A stretch of DNA of 51,071 nucleotides, filler included, from Streblomastix strix (lineage: Eukaryota): NCBI GenBank assembly GCA_008636045.1. It is 2 parts of 2 records of this genome, joined end to end, with 100 filler letters (N's around TTAATTAATTAA, not from the genome) between each part and the next. Parts side by side here need not be neighbours in the genome. Positions count along the whole stretch, not along the records: positions 1 to 25,488 come from SNRW01000199.1; 1 more part is not named here. One strand, written 5' to 3'. The first letter of the stretch is position 1; each line of letters begins with the position of its first letter. Below are positions 10,424 to 24,418 of this stretch, one piece after another. The notes below the pieces were generated by a model. That model made no database searches. It saw only the letters and a program-made list of their open reading frames with translations, and was not told where the DNA came from. Made by a program: the position numbers and the translations under genes.

Positions 10424-12454
10424 ATGGAGGAAAGTTCTGAGCGGACAAATAGAAATTCCGCAATTACAAGTACAACCAATGATAATGGGATTGTTTGAAT
10501 ATTTTCCACTTATTTCGAAAATTTTTCTTAAATTTACTTTTTTTTATTAAAAAGGCTAATATACCACAATTGGCAAATGATCTTCGGTCTACTGATGTAT
10601 TTTTACATTATCCTGCATTGTAGCGACTATTTATAGCTATTGTTATGGGTTTACTACAACCGTTTCATTCAAATCAAACTTTTTAATTTTTTTATATTAA
10701 ACCTGTAATATTTTTATGGTTAGATTCTTCAAATATAGAAGCTGTTAAATAACAGGACATGGTTGGAGTTCTAAACAATTTTCTTGTTTCTGAAGCACGG
10801 CCTGAGCTTCAAGTTTATTTTTTCTATTTTTTAATTTTTTCAACTTTTTCTATTTTTAAATAATTCAAAAGGAATTAAGTGTTGCCATACTTGGAGTGTT
10901 GGGTGCTCATGGAAAGCGTCGTAGGAAGCGAAGTCGTGCCTTGACTAGTGGATGGGCATTAATTTAGATCATTTTGGTTTAATATAGTTTTTTATTTGTA
11001 TTAATTTTATTTTTGTTTATTTTATATTCAGAATTCAGATTAAGTTCTTTCAAAATAAGGAACTGAGGCATTGTGCAAATTGATTGTTATTGATGAAGAT
11101 GTTCGTCATGCAATGTTGTCAAGAAGATTCGTTGATCTTATTCTTGAAACATTCATTAATTAAGAAAAAATTTAGAATTAATCTTCTTCATTTTCATCAG
11201 ACCAATAAGATGAATCTGAACAAAACTTTGTGAAAGTTGGATTACTTTCTGTTGTTCTAAAGTTAGCAGAAGAAATTGAGAATCCAATTATTCTTAGTGC
11301 ATTAATACCAACTTTAGAAGAAATTAAGAAGAATGGAGAAAAAGAAATGATGAAAAAAGCCAAATCAATTCTGGGATGTTTACGCGAAGAAGGAATTACA
11401 GCTCCATAATCAAATGAATCAAACTAAAAAGATGAAAAGATTCGATAATTGGAAGAAACTGTTCGGAGATAAGAAGAATTAATCAGAAGAAATGATGAAG
11501 AGAAAGAAAGAGAAAAAATAGAAAAAGAAGAAAATAAACGAAAAATTGCAGAATTGGAACGAAAAGCAGAGGAAAGCAAACAAAAGGATGAAGTTAAAAG
11601 TAATAAAATTGTTGAACTTGAACAACTGGTGGCAACATTATAATAAAAAGTAGACAAGGTTCAAATTCCATCTGCACAAAAATTAGATGAAATTCCAATT
11701 TAAATCACAGTTCAGCCTGGATCGTATACTAAGGAAAAAAACGAATTCACTTATATTTCTACTAAAAATGAATTTAAAACATTTCCAATAAGTCCAGCTG
11801 TTATAAATGGAATCTTTATATGCGAGGTGAAGATCAACAAGAAAGGAGATAACCGTTTGTTTATTTTTTTATTGATTTTAATTTATTAATTTATTATTTT
11901 AATCAGCTGTTGGTGTAATGAAATCTGGATTGGTTGTCCCATTTAGCGAATGGCCTGGCGATAGACCTTGTATAAACTTTTTATTTTTCTATTAGTTATT
12001 ATTTCATTATTTATTTATATTTATTTAGACTCCAACGAATGCATTGCCTTCCATTAAAAGTATTTTAATTTAAATATTATTTAACATAATTAATTTTTAT
12101 TATTTTTTTTTCAATTTTTAGCGGACCAGTGTATTAGAATAGTTAAACTGTTAGAGGTAATGGAGAATATGGTGAAGGAGATTAGGTTACAATAGAAGTG
12201 AATTTGCTCGCAACACCACGAACTGCTCATCTGTTCATCAATGGCCAACAATAACCTGTTTTTGTTTCTGGATTACCTAAATCTGTCTAATTTTGGGTTT
12301 GTAATTTATTTGATTAAGTAATATAATATTTTTTTATTTATTTCAGTTCTTTTTACATTATATAGATGAATCCATTACAGTTCTGTCACTGAAGAAACTA
12401 AATTCACCTACAGTTACAAAAATTCCAGAATAAATAAAAATGAAATGGATTTGA
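10424..12454 (+). CDS. Multi-exon protein with helical (ARM-like) N-terminus, coiled coil and C-terminal SPRY/B30.2-like domain
   Basis: Open spliced frame with TAR=Gln. E/K-rich coil at about 11430-11650. The C-terminus GIFICEVKI..VGVMKSG..GNGEYGEGDQVTIEVNLLATPRTAHLFINGQQQPVFVSGLPKSVQF is SPRY-like. TGA at 12452-12454. Confidence 0.75.
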
Positions 12455-12815
12455 ACACGAAGACTTGAATGGTGCATTCTATCATATATATTATTAATTG
12501 TAACAAATCATATTCTTCTAAAAATTCATTGAACGAATATCAAATAAAAAAAAGTGAATGAGTAAATTGATTGAGAAATGTTTTATATTTTTATGATCAA
12601 AACAAATTTAATTCAATGCTTATGAGATTAAGTTAGAATTATGACTTACTTTAATGTTTACATATTTAGAGTCTATTATTACCAAATAATGAAGGGAAAA
12701 TATTCAAAAAAAAACTTTGCTTCATGAAATCTTTGCATATTCGGTAATTAAATTACTACCATGTCAAAATAATTTATTTTCCATAATTAAATACATATTT
12801 TATTTATTCATTCAC

Positions 12816-15800
12816 TCAAGCCAAGAACTAAATCCACTCATCAAGCAACTTTGCGGTTAAAAAAACATTGTCTTTCTCGTCTTCGTCCTCAAACATGAAA
12901 TTTGTGAATTCGCGTATTTCGCCCCACGGAAGCATAGATTTGATGCAATTCTTCACATCATCAGTTCCATAGTACAGCAAATTCAATGATAATAGCATAG
13001 CATAGTCGGAAGCTCTTTCTTCACCTTCCTATATGCACTTTCTTATTACACTCTCAATGTTACCAGACATTATATCTGCATTATTTTCTAGTAGAATTAC
13101 GATATAGATTAAAAATAAGAGAATAATGTATTAACTTTAAATAATAAAAGTTTTTCTTAATATATCTTCATTTTATAAAAACTCAAATATAATCTATTCA
13201 CCTTTACATTCAGCAAGTCTTGCAAGCACCAGAACAGACAAATAAGCAATCTCTCCATCTTTGTCATCAGATAAAGACTTCAGATACTCAATTAAAGCTA
13301 CTCTGTATTCATCAGGAAGTTTCACTGCTTTGTGGAGCGAGCCGATGACAATAGCTGAATATTTCTTCACATCGCTTGTTTTGTATTTATCATCATTGAA
13401 TATCTTCACAAGCGAATCCAAACCACCGTTCTTCTCCATAACTTGAAGAAATTCATCCTTCTAGCATATTTCTCCATTTTCTTTCAATACCACAACAAAA
13501 AGGTCCATAAACAGTGTTACACCAACAAGTACGTCTTCATCATCACTATCAAGAAGGTGGACAAGCGAGTTGAAGTATTTTTCTTATTTCATTTCCAGTC
13601 TCTGCGAATCTGTAGTCACATCTATCAAGCACACAAGCATAATGGAAAAACTGTCTATGATCTGATCGTGGGGCATTTGTTCATAGAACTTGAATAGTGA
13701 GTCTACAAATCTATCCTCTTCCATTTCAAGCTCCACAATGTACTAATGATCATTTATAAGATCCAAAGATAATTTTATTGCATATAAAACAATACCACCT
13801 TATTCGTCAATGTTATTTCGTCCTTCAATAAGAGCTTAATTTATCTCGCTCATTATTTCATATACTTCAATTTCATCTAAATCTTCAGATTTTTTATCTT
13901 TTATTGATTTGATTTTTATCTGAAGATTTTGAAATTTTATCATCTCTTCGCGGAATAGTATCCATGATATCAAAATAAAGGCAATTTTCTTAACCTCGGG
14001 ATCTTTTCCTTTGGTCAATTCTTTAATGTTTGAGATAGTTAGTCCTTTAATCACAATATTTTGATTTTGTTCAGTTCCAGTTTCAAGGATGTTCCTCGAT
14101 AAACTCAATAGATTAACCAGCGGTGGAGATTATTTGGTTCTGAATATAATTATTGATTAATAATAATGAAAGATATTTATGTAAATTAAAAAAGAATTTT
14201 CTTAATAAATACTATTAAAGTATTATTTAATCATACAAAATAATCTATTCAATTTATGCAATAAAATTATTCTTAAAGAGCTCATTATGATTAGCTTAAA
14301 TAACAAATTCAAAAAAAATATAATTTTAAATTACATTAATCAATAGAATAAGTCATCAAATATAAATTAATTCAAACTAATTCCACCATACATTCATGCC
14401 ACGCAAGCCCAGCAAGTGCATTAGAAGAATTTATTGATATTATTTTATCTTCATTAATCATTGCAATTTTTAAGCTCATGACTAAATCAGGCAAAATATC
14501 TTAAGGCACAGTCGATGCTTTGAACAACCAGCCAAGACCATAAGCAGCAACAAAAGTCGTTTTATCTTATTTTCCTAATTTCAAGCAATCGTGGAACAGT
14601 GTATTCACAATGCCTTATTTAGTAAATGGCTCAAGATATGGATGTGTTTCTTTCTTTTCTGATATATCTCTGGCATATATCATAATGTTAACAATTGTTA
14701 TGACTGTTTTTTCAACTTTTATAAATAAGATATTTAGAAGGATATATATCATGTTTGATGAATAAATTTGATATATATAATAAAAAAATGAATGAATATA
14801 AAATAATTAAACTAATTTCCAATTATTATTATTTATCTCATAATTGTAATACCTACTCCACTGCATTAGCTCTTAATATTCCTCTGAATTAACTGCGGGA
14901 TTCCCGAATCATACATCATCTTCCTCTCTTCTATAGACCCATATGTTGAGAAGTTCTTAAGAGCGCTTGCATGTATGAATTTCACCTCTTCAAGTCTGAG
15001 GTCTTTTGTAATGAGTGTTAATAGTTCAGCGATTATTTCAGTCTTGAATCCGACTTCGACGGCAGGTTTGTTGTCTTCTATCAAACTATCTACAGCTTGG
15101 CACACCCAGTCCTGAAGAGGATGCGCGAGATCTTTCTTCAATTCACGCGCCCACTTCAGAAAGTTTGCAAATTCAGCGAAAACTCCACGTTAGGCAATTG
15201 CAAGCCTGTCTTCGGCTGATGAACCAGATATTTCGACCAGTAATATTGCTATGTATGATCTAAAGCTGGTAAATTGTGACTAAATTTGATTTTCTTTATT
15301 CATAGATAGAGATTGACCTTCTTTCCATATGTTTATTCTATCCGATATTTCAGCATTATCCAACAACAGAACTATTTTTAGTCTTTATAAAGGATCCTTA
15401 TTATAAAATTATAAATATAATTAATAATATTTAATTCATATTAGAAAACAATAATTGTACCTTGTCCAACATAGATATAATCATTTATCTTAATCATCCA
15501 TTTGGTAAGCGAACAAATTCAATTCCAGTAAACTCCTTCAACTCAGCAATTGAATACAATACCACACCAAAATTATATATATCTTATGTAAACATGCTTT
15601 AATAGATATTAATAAAGTCACTAATTAAAAATGAAAGAATAAATCAATGATTAAACATGCCTATTTATTTCACTTTCTTCTTTTACATCTACAAATGGCA
15701 AATTAGTTGTAATATCAACAGGACCTATGAAATAAAAATTAAGAACAATTAAATAATTACTGTTATATAATTTATGCCTATTTTAAGCACATCATCATCA

Positions 15801-16222
15801 ATATAAATATTTCTAACTGATATTTCTCCATGCGCAATTTTGCGCTTGTGGAGGAAGGCAAGAGTTAGAATTCCTTGAACTGCGTAATCAAGAAGTGCCT
15901 ATGATATTAAATTTGATTGAAATTATAATAAAAATATGTATGAATTAATGTTAATGCAAACTAATATATCAATAGGCTATTATGACCTTTTCTCTTTAGT
16001 GATAAGAAATTAAATTGATTTATTTTCATTAATTCTTTAATTATAAACGCTTAGTAATTTCCCATCTTTTGATTTAAGTTTCAATCCCAATAAAAATGGA
16101 AAGCTTATCCTCTCCAGACGCTCAATTAGAGTTTGCGCTTTTTTCATCTCATCTTCCGTTTCAAATGTTAATGTTTTTAAATTAAACAATTCTTGAGATA
16201 TTATTTTTTTCATTATATTCAT
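12816..16222 (-). pseudogene. Degenerate protein-kinase-like domain fused to ARM-like repeats; kinase part disrupted
   Basis: LAFLHKRKIAHGEISVRNIYI..LKIG, DIYNFGVVLYSI and MLDKDPLQR are kinase subdomains lacking the HRD and DFG aspartates. In-frame TGA at 15494-15496 and an apparent phase mismatch at the first intron. The downstream ARM-like exons appear open to TGA 12816-12818. The 5' end is uncertain. Confidence 0.6.
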
Positions 16223-16868
16223 TTATTTTCTGTAAAATAATAAATTATGTAAATTATTTAAACGTATACTATTCAATCATAAATTCATCAAATGTTTCAA
16301 TGTTAGGCAAGAGAAATGAATTTATTTCAAAAAAATAAAAAAAAAAGCTTTTAAGTACAAAATATTAAGGTTTTGACTGCAGCTATTATAATATATTGAC
16401 AAAATTTTTAAGTTTGTATATTTAAATGATTAATATTTGAGTAATACATTGTACTTGCCCAAATAATTTTAATTTTTCTAATATTTGGTTGTTTTTATTC
16501 TATTTTGAATGTACTTCATATATTCTTGTTTTAAATGAATAAATGCACTTTAATTATTGAATTTAAATCGAAAATATTCAACTAAGCATCACAAAAAACA
16601 AATTTATTCAGTTTCCAACTCATAAACCTAAGAAAATTACAAAATATTAAACTCATGTGTGTAGTGCAAGTAAAGCTAAGTAATAAAAATGCACCAAGAC
16701 TATATCAAACAAACTAGTGTAGTGTAATAAAAAATAGAACACTCTACTTAGAAAAATCTGTTATCAATAATAAAAAATCTCCTGCATATAAACACTATAA
16801 AAAAAATTTATGCAGCTTATAATATATATAATTAAAAAATTTAAGATAAGTAGATAATCCAATCAGTT

Positions 16869-19800
16869 TCAATATGTCGTCAGGTGATACTGCTTCCTTC
16901 GTTTTGCTATCTCCTTCTTCTTCTATTGCACGTTGAAGTACATCACGCCAAGCAAAACCAAAATCACCATTCCAATCACCACTATTATAGAGAATACAAT
17001 TGCAAATATTATTCCAACATTGGTTTTCTTAGTTGGTTCTGGATCTTCTTCTTTTTCTTCCCCTCTGTCTACAACACTCTCTTCTTCTACTGGAGTCACT
17101 GTCACTTTCTTGGAAACAGCGTCAAACGACGAATCCTGTTTTCCTTCAACTCTGAATAATCCACTGGTTCCATTAACATCTGATCCAGCTTTATCAGACT
17201 TTGGCGGTGAATACAGATTCCCTTCTCCGATAATTTAATCTGCACCTCCTGCTTCTGCAACTTGTGATGACGACTCGAAATTGATCAGAATTAAGTTTTA
17301 GGATTTTGATTCAGACAACAGAAACTGATTGTTAGTAATTTGCCCATATTATACGCCAGTTCCAAGAGCTACAGCGGCGCTGTTCAGACCTTCGGTGTTG
17401 TTAAAGATGTTCTTGTCGAGGGTAACAATGGGTAATTATGATGTGGAAGAAGGATTTTAAACTAAATTAAGATTAAATGATTAAATATAATTAAGATTAT
17501 ATATATGAGGTTAATTATAAATACCATTAAAACCTTACTAATAAGATTTAATATTGTTACCCAATAAGAAGCCATCAATAAGCAACGCGCCACTTCGTGC
17601 AGTATCACTTTTAGTTTGAGCGAATATTGTCGACCTGATATCTATATAGTTACCAATGGAATTTAAATTCTTCAAATCAGAGTATGAATCAGAAATAGCG
17701 AAAACAGCGAGTGAAGGTGGAAGGTTATTCAGACGCTGTATTTCTGATTACTCGTTTCCTGCTAGATCTGGAAGACCAATATCCTTGAGCATTACATCTG
17801 ATATAACTTTCCCTTGTGTTAAATTTTCGAATACACAATTGGTGACATTAACACCACTGTCTGAATATAGATATACAGCAGAGAGAATTACTGATGGAAT
17901 TCCTTTAAGAAGTTGGATGTTTTCTTTTACTGTGAAAAGACAATCATTTAATGCTACTCTAGCTCCAATTATTGATAGAAGAGGTCCAATTGTATATCCG
18001 TATGATTTCTTTGTGTTGTAATCGACACTGCTTCCTTCGAAAATACAGTCAGTGAAAGAATGAACAAGATGATCTGGTATCTCATTCCTCTAACCAGATG
18101 CAATTAGTTTCCAATCAGATAATGAACCAGCAGATATTGATATCATCGGAGTTGTTATTTCGCTGAGAGACACTGGAGGAACATATTCGAATATGAAGTG
18201 CTATACATGAACACCAACACCGATGATTTTAATTGCGCCCTGACCTGGACGAAGCACATTAGTAAGAGCTGGATATGATTCATTGTTTCCATCTTGTGGT
18301 GCACCTACAATTCTAAAAGTGTTGATCCCGTGTCCTGGTGATTTGAATTCGATGTTCTCTGAATAGTTATCAGCAGCCACGTTCAATAATGCAGAACCTC
18401 TATATTAGTAGCTATCAACTAGAGTCTTTATAGTATATCCAATAGAACGTGTTGGACTGGATGGTGATAATCCTCGATCTAATCTGTCACTACCAGAGGA
18501 TTTGTTGATGTAGTATTCAAAGAATTTAGCTTCAGGTTAACATATACCATATTAACGAGGATCTAATGCAAGTTCTGCTAGACATGCGCATCTTTCTTTT
18601 GGAGTAGTTTCAGTTATGATGGCGCATTTGCATGATCCATCTTTTCTGGGATCTGAATCTAGTTATGATAGTGTAGATGGACATGCACAAGTTTCTGTTG
18701 GAGTTGATTCAAATATGACTTTGCATTTGCATAATCCATTAGCACGAGGATCATTATCAAATTCAGATTAAATTGCTGGGCATGCGCATCTATCGATTGG
18801 CGTTTATTCTGTAATTATTGCACATTTGCACAATCCATCTTTACGTGGATCATTGGCAAGCTCAATAGGATCAGTTGGACAAGCGCATGCATCAATAGGA
18901 GTCTACTCAAATATTACTTTACATTTGCATAATCCATCCTTGCGTGGATCGTTATCAAATTCAGATTATTCAATTGGACAGATACATCTATCTATTTGTG
19001 TTTCTTCTGTAATTATAGCACATTTACAAAGAGTATCTTTTCTGGGATCTTATTATAATCCGGATATTTCAGTAGGACATGCGCATCTATCAATGGGAGT
19101 TTCTTCTGTGATAATTGCGCATTTGCATTGTTCATCTTTTCGAGGATCGCTTTCCATTTTTATCGAATCTGTTGGACATGGACACGTATCAGTTGGTGTT
19201 GATTCGAAAATAACTTAGCATTTACATAAACCACTTGCACGAGGATCCTTATCAAACTCGGATTTATCTGTTGGACATTTGCATCTATCAATTGGTGTTG
19301 ATTCAGTAATTAATGCGCATTTGCACAATCCATTAGCTCGTGGATCTTTCGCAAGTTCAGTTGGATTAATTGGACAAGCACATTTGTCAATTGGAGTAGT
19401 ATCAGTAATAACCGAGCATTTGCACAATCCATCCTTACGTGGATCTGAATCTAGTTATGATAGTGTAGATGGACAAGCACAAGTTTCAGTAGGTGTTGAT
19501 TCAAATATGACTTTGCATTTGCATAATCCATCTTTACGAGGATCACTATCAAATTCAGATTAATCTACCGGACAGATACATCTATCTATTGGCGTTGTTG
19601 ATGTAATTAATGCGCATTTGCACAATCCGTCTTTTCTGGGATCTTTGTCTAATTCTGTTTATACAGTTGGACATGGACATCTATCAACTCGAGTTGTATC
19701 TGTAAGAATAGCGCAATAGCATAACCCATCTTTACGAGGATCGTTTAATAGCTATGACGGAACTGTTGGACATGCGCATTGATCGATAGGTGTTGATTCA

Positions 19801-22800
19801 GTAATTATTGAACATTTGCATAGTCCATTAGCACGTGGATCTTTAGCAAGTTCGGTTGGATCAGTTGGACATGCGCATTTGTCAATTGGCGTTGTTGATG
19901 TAATAATAGCGCATTTGCACAAACCATCTTTCCTAGGATCGTTATCAAGATCAATACTTCTAGTGGGGCATGCACATGTATCGATTGGTGTGGATTCAAA
20001 TATTGTTTTGCATTTGCAAAGTCCATCTTTTCTTGGGTCTTTATCGATTTCAGATTAAATAACTGGACATTCGCACGTATCAGGTGATGTTGTTGATGTA
20101 ATTATTGCACATTTACAAAGAGTATCTTTACGTGGATCATTTGCCAGTTATGTTGGATTAGTCGGGCAAGCGCATGTATCAATTGGTGTTGTTGATGTTA
20201 TTATTGCGCATTTGCAAAGTCCATTAGCACGTGGATCTTGCTGAAGTAAAGTTGGATTAGTTGGACATGGGCAGGTATTAATTGGCGTTTATTCTGTAAT
20301 TATAGCGCATTTGCAAAGAGTATCTTTACGTGGATCTTAATCTAATTTAGTTTATTCAGTTGGGCATGGACAGGTATTAACTGGAGTAGTTGTATTGACT
20401 ATTGCGCACTTGCATATCCCATCTTTCCGAGGATCAGAAGCAAGTTCTGTAGCATCAGTTGGGCACGGGCATTGCTCAGAAGGCGTGTTAACATCCAGAT
20501 CTGCGCATGGATCTCCACATTAATCTGAATCAGTAAAAGTATCTTCACTCGAATCGGGAATCATCTCATCAGTTGTTTCCTTATATCCAAGTGGAATTGG
20601 CACACATTGATCCTTCATCACACCATTCACATTCACTTTCTTTCTGTAGTAACCGATCTTACAATGTGAGAAGATGCACTTGTTTGTCCTATATTAGCCA
20701 ACTTTAGATGTTCCATCAATGTTTCTGCCATCTTTGTCTGTAACTCCACGAGTTGTGCATGGATATCCAAATACTGAGTGTTGATCATCTCTCGAACATC
20801 CTTTACAGTTTCCATTATCTGCTGCATCTACGAAATCAATCTCCCACGAAAAACATTTTTTAGGTTGTCCTTAATCATTCCCAACAAGTGATTTCTCATA
20901 GTTCAGGATATTTGTATAGAAATCTATATACTCTTAGTATGTCTGCGGTTCCTCCTCAATATTAGGAGCATATTCGTATATGAAATCTGGGTCTATTATC
21001 TCATATTCCATCAACTTATCGTTAGTTTCATTAGTAAAACCGTACAGCCCACTGTTTGCGAAACCAAAGGAAGTTCCTTTACGATAGAAATCATTGGGAA
21101 CATTAGATAGATCCATCAGTGGCTTAAATTCTGGTGTGTTTTTTAATTATTGAATTGTTGTACTACTTGTGGATGAAGCTGATGATGCTCTCCCAGTATC
21201 AAATCGAGCGTTGGGATCACGGGGGTCACGCACACCTACACCGACAATCTGGATAATATATATAAATAAGTATAATATATAAAAGAATAAATTAAATATA
21301 ATTGATATTAATTATAAACTATTTATAATATCACATAATATTATATAATTATTAAAATATGCATTTTAAGTATGTATAATACTCTTGCAAGATGTTTCTG
21401 CTAAATCTCTTTTACAAATATAGAACAGGTACTTGCACATATCCCGTCAGTGAGCACAATTACATCCTACGGGTTATACAGCGGTTACCTCCTCATTCTC
21501 CAATCTTTTTCCCAGTCAACGAAAGGATTCATATGTCCAGAAAATACAGTGTACTTCTCAGTAAGGTCTACGTGCATGCTCATCGTTCCATTGGGTAGCG
21601 AAGTAACTCTTTATCTCCCGCCGCGCGTAAAGAAGTTCTAATCGGGCGCCATATATTCAGGGTTCATCAGAAGCTCAGCATCATCTTTCTTATTCTGCAT
21701 CAGATAGGTATCGATCTTCGATATTTCTGAGTTCAACTAACTCCTCAATTGATCAGCTAATGGGTATATTGGATGTCCAGAAAAGGGGAACATGAATCTC
21801 AGAGTCTGCGCTCCAAGGCCCACATAACCACCAGGATTGCTGCGAACGTCGATTATCAGCCGATCAGCGAAGAATTAGTTGTTCTTATTTGTATATAAAT
21901 TTAGTGCCAAACCGATGCGTGAGACGAAGCTTTGTCTGTTTTGTGGGTAGAAGGAGGGGATTTTGATGATCCCGACATTTGGGTTGAAGACGGAGAACAT
22001 TCCGATCTCTTCTTCGTTGAGGAATTATTGGGATTGTTTATTGGGTTTGGATTGTTTTTTATTTGATTTGGATTATTTCTTTGAGTTTGTTTATAAGTTT
22101 GTTTATGATGTGTTTGCTGTTAATTCTGGTTCTTACACTATTTCTGATACTCTGGAGATTCCTTCAAATGGTTTTGGATGAAGTCTTTCTTGAATTTCTT
22201 TCGTTTGTTTCATTTATATTTCTCTTATTTATTTGTGTATTTATTAACTATTACCTGATTCAGGAGATTTATTCGACTTTTTATTACTATTTTATTTCAC
22301 TGTTTTTCTGTATTCAATCCACTTCTATATTCTCTAATATATCGATATTTTATCCTCCACTTTCACTCCATCCTATACTTAACTCATATACTAGAATCTA
22401 TCATTATCATTACCACCATCCATATTCTAATTCTAGTTATTCACTGGACACTCATCCTCTAAATACCCAATATCACCAATTGGCATCACAAAGAAAGGCA
22501 ACTAAGCAACCGCCTGTGCACCGTTAGGTCTTCTATACTCAACAGACACAGTCAAATACTCAGGAACAGGATATTGATTGGCAGGTCGATACGAGAAATC
22601 ACCAGTTGCAGCCAAATTCTGCCTTGTAACTGAACTCCGCGAAGATGAAATTCCTTAATCGGCCCATATTGCAATGGCTTCTGCTGCTTTGTAGGTGCCG
22701 TCGTTCAGCTCCCCAGTTGGCGTGTATACGGTTTTCCCTTTGATGTTTATGTGGAGTATCTCCGTGTCGTAGTTGAGCAGTATTGTGCTGCCGTTGTTGT

Positions 22801-23334
22801 ACTTGTTGAACGCGGGGTCGATTTGGTAGTGGATTTTGACGGTTTGCGACCCGTCGGCGGCTGGAAAGAGGCTGAAATAGTAAGGGAGTACGTAGATGAG
22901 GTTCTTGACACAGGGGGGAACAAAATATGTGTGCGGGTCTTTCAAGGAATTGAAAAGAACCATTATGCGCTCATAAAAATCGAAAGTGTTGTTGAATGTC
23001 TCGCGCCTGATATCTTTTAATACCTATTAAAGATCTATAGATTCTTAATTGTAGCTGTTTCCACCTGCATTTGGGTTCAGTGATGTGTCTAGAAAAGCGT
23101 AGCTCTGTACATACGTCTCAAGCAAACTGATGGTCGAATTGAACTCTGTGGATTATGTTGAAAGCTGGTTATCAGAGATTTATAAATAAATGGTATAAAT
23201 ATCATAAAATAATAGCAAACCGGAATGGACCGTAAGCATCTCAAACCGATAGTCATGCTTTCACAGATATTTTTCTTGAAATTGCACTGGGCGGAAAGCA
23301 AACAAGTAAGTGCCAGAAAGACTACAAAAGCCAT
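16869..23334 (-). CDS. Large type-I membrane protein: signal peptide, S41/CPAF-like serine peptidase, about 20 Cys-rich repeats, beta-helix-like region, TM helix, short tail (~2,050 aa)
   Basis: Signal MAFVVFLALTCLLSA. CLRSIP, SLKDPHTYF, RLIIDVRSNPGGYV and VIVLTDGICASTCSIF match eukaryotic S41-type peptidases. TM segment VGIIFAIVFSIIVVIGMVILVLLGVMYF. Three short introns (23165-23220, about 21250-21380, about 17460-17560). TGA at 16869-16871. Confidence 0.85.
18550..20510 (-). repeat. Coding tandem array of about 20 x 99-bp (33-aa) four-cysteine repeats
   Basis: Unit CKCAIITESTPIDxCxCPTxxxELxxDPR(KD/AN)GL. The DPR codons recur every 99 bp (e.g. 18649, 18748 ... 19342, 19441 ... about 20431). 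Confidence 0.95.
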
Positions 23335-23926
23335 TTAAATCTGCCAATAGAAACAGGTAACAAGAAATTAAATAAAATTATCAATGAGAGTTGTAGAAAA
23401 TTTTAAATTGATTAAATTTGAAAAATTTAGTAGAGATAGAGTCTGGAGAAATTTTATTCTATATGAAATTACATAAGTACAATCGTTTGTGTAATTAAAA
23501 AGTAAATTAAATTAACTCCGAACCTCTGAAGATCGAGTTTTCTTTTCAGCCAATAATCCAAAATGTATCGGTATAAAATCGATAGAGAAATGGAAATATT
23601 TAGATAATAAATTTCATTAAGAGTCGTGACAGGAAAATCAACCTAGAAGTGTATAGTTGTGCTGATTAATAAAATAACATAGTAATTTTTATGTTCATCA
23701 TTTATTACGCAATGTAAAGTTTTTGATTAAGCTACAATTATAATTTAAACATAAACGTACTGAAAAAATCATTTATTATATTACTAAGACTTAACACAGC
23801 ATACTCAATGATATTAAATTTAAAAAATAAAAACTGATTTTTCTCAGTCATTAAAAATTATAATTACTTATATATTTATTATTCGGTTTATTTTTATTTT
23901 TTACAGAAATACTTAATTCGTTTTAA

Positions 23927-24418
23927 ATGAAAGTTGCTTGTAGAAAAGAAAGATAAAGTAAATAAATGGAATTAGTCACTTAAAAACTGTTTAGTATTCT
24001 TATCGACGCAGTGCCAGGATCAAGTGAATTGATATCATTGTAGAGCATCGCCAGTTTCCTTGAGTTATTGTATTAGAAAGTTGATCTGTAGATTGAGGAA
24101 TGTATAATTGCAACAATATTGTTACAGCGATTTATATAGAAGCAAGAGTTGAAAAACGTATATATACTTAATACGTCGAACGCAGGGATGGTGCTGATAG
24201 TTTCATTCATGTTATCTTTGAAATTGCACCGCGACTCAGTAAATAAGAACATTTACTTTGCAAAATTGTTTGAAGTGTCAATTTTTGATCTGAACATGTC
24301 AATTGCTGGATTTCTTCGTCTTGTTGATCATGATACGTGGGTATAAGAAGAATAATATTTAATAGAACTTGAACAATATAAGATTTATGATGAAGTGGAA
24401 GTCACACTTTTGATTTGA
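23927..24418 (+). CDS. Pho80/cyclin-U-like single-cyclin-box protein (163 aa; an upstream exon is possible)
   Basis: IASFLELL..EECIIATILLQRF..LNTSNAGMVLIVSFMLSLKLHRDSVNKNIYFAKLFEVSIFDLNMS..FLRLVDHDTWV resembles the PHO80-type cyclin box. TGA at 24416-24418. An acceptor-like TTACAG lies just upstream. Confidence 0.7.

Noticed and set aside
4736..15496. In-frame TGAs as evidence for Sec/Trp recoding
   Set aside because: They occur in decayed copies at former Gly, Trp or probable Arg codons, mostly alongside other lesions. Intact genes use TGG for Trp and TGA as stop.
18550..20510. Regularly spaced repeats as a possible CRISPR array
   Set aside because: The units are degenerate at third codon positions, in frame within a eukaryotic CDS, have no unique spacers, and no cas genes are present.
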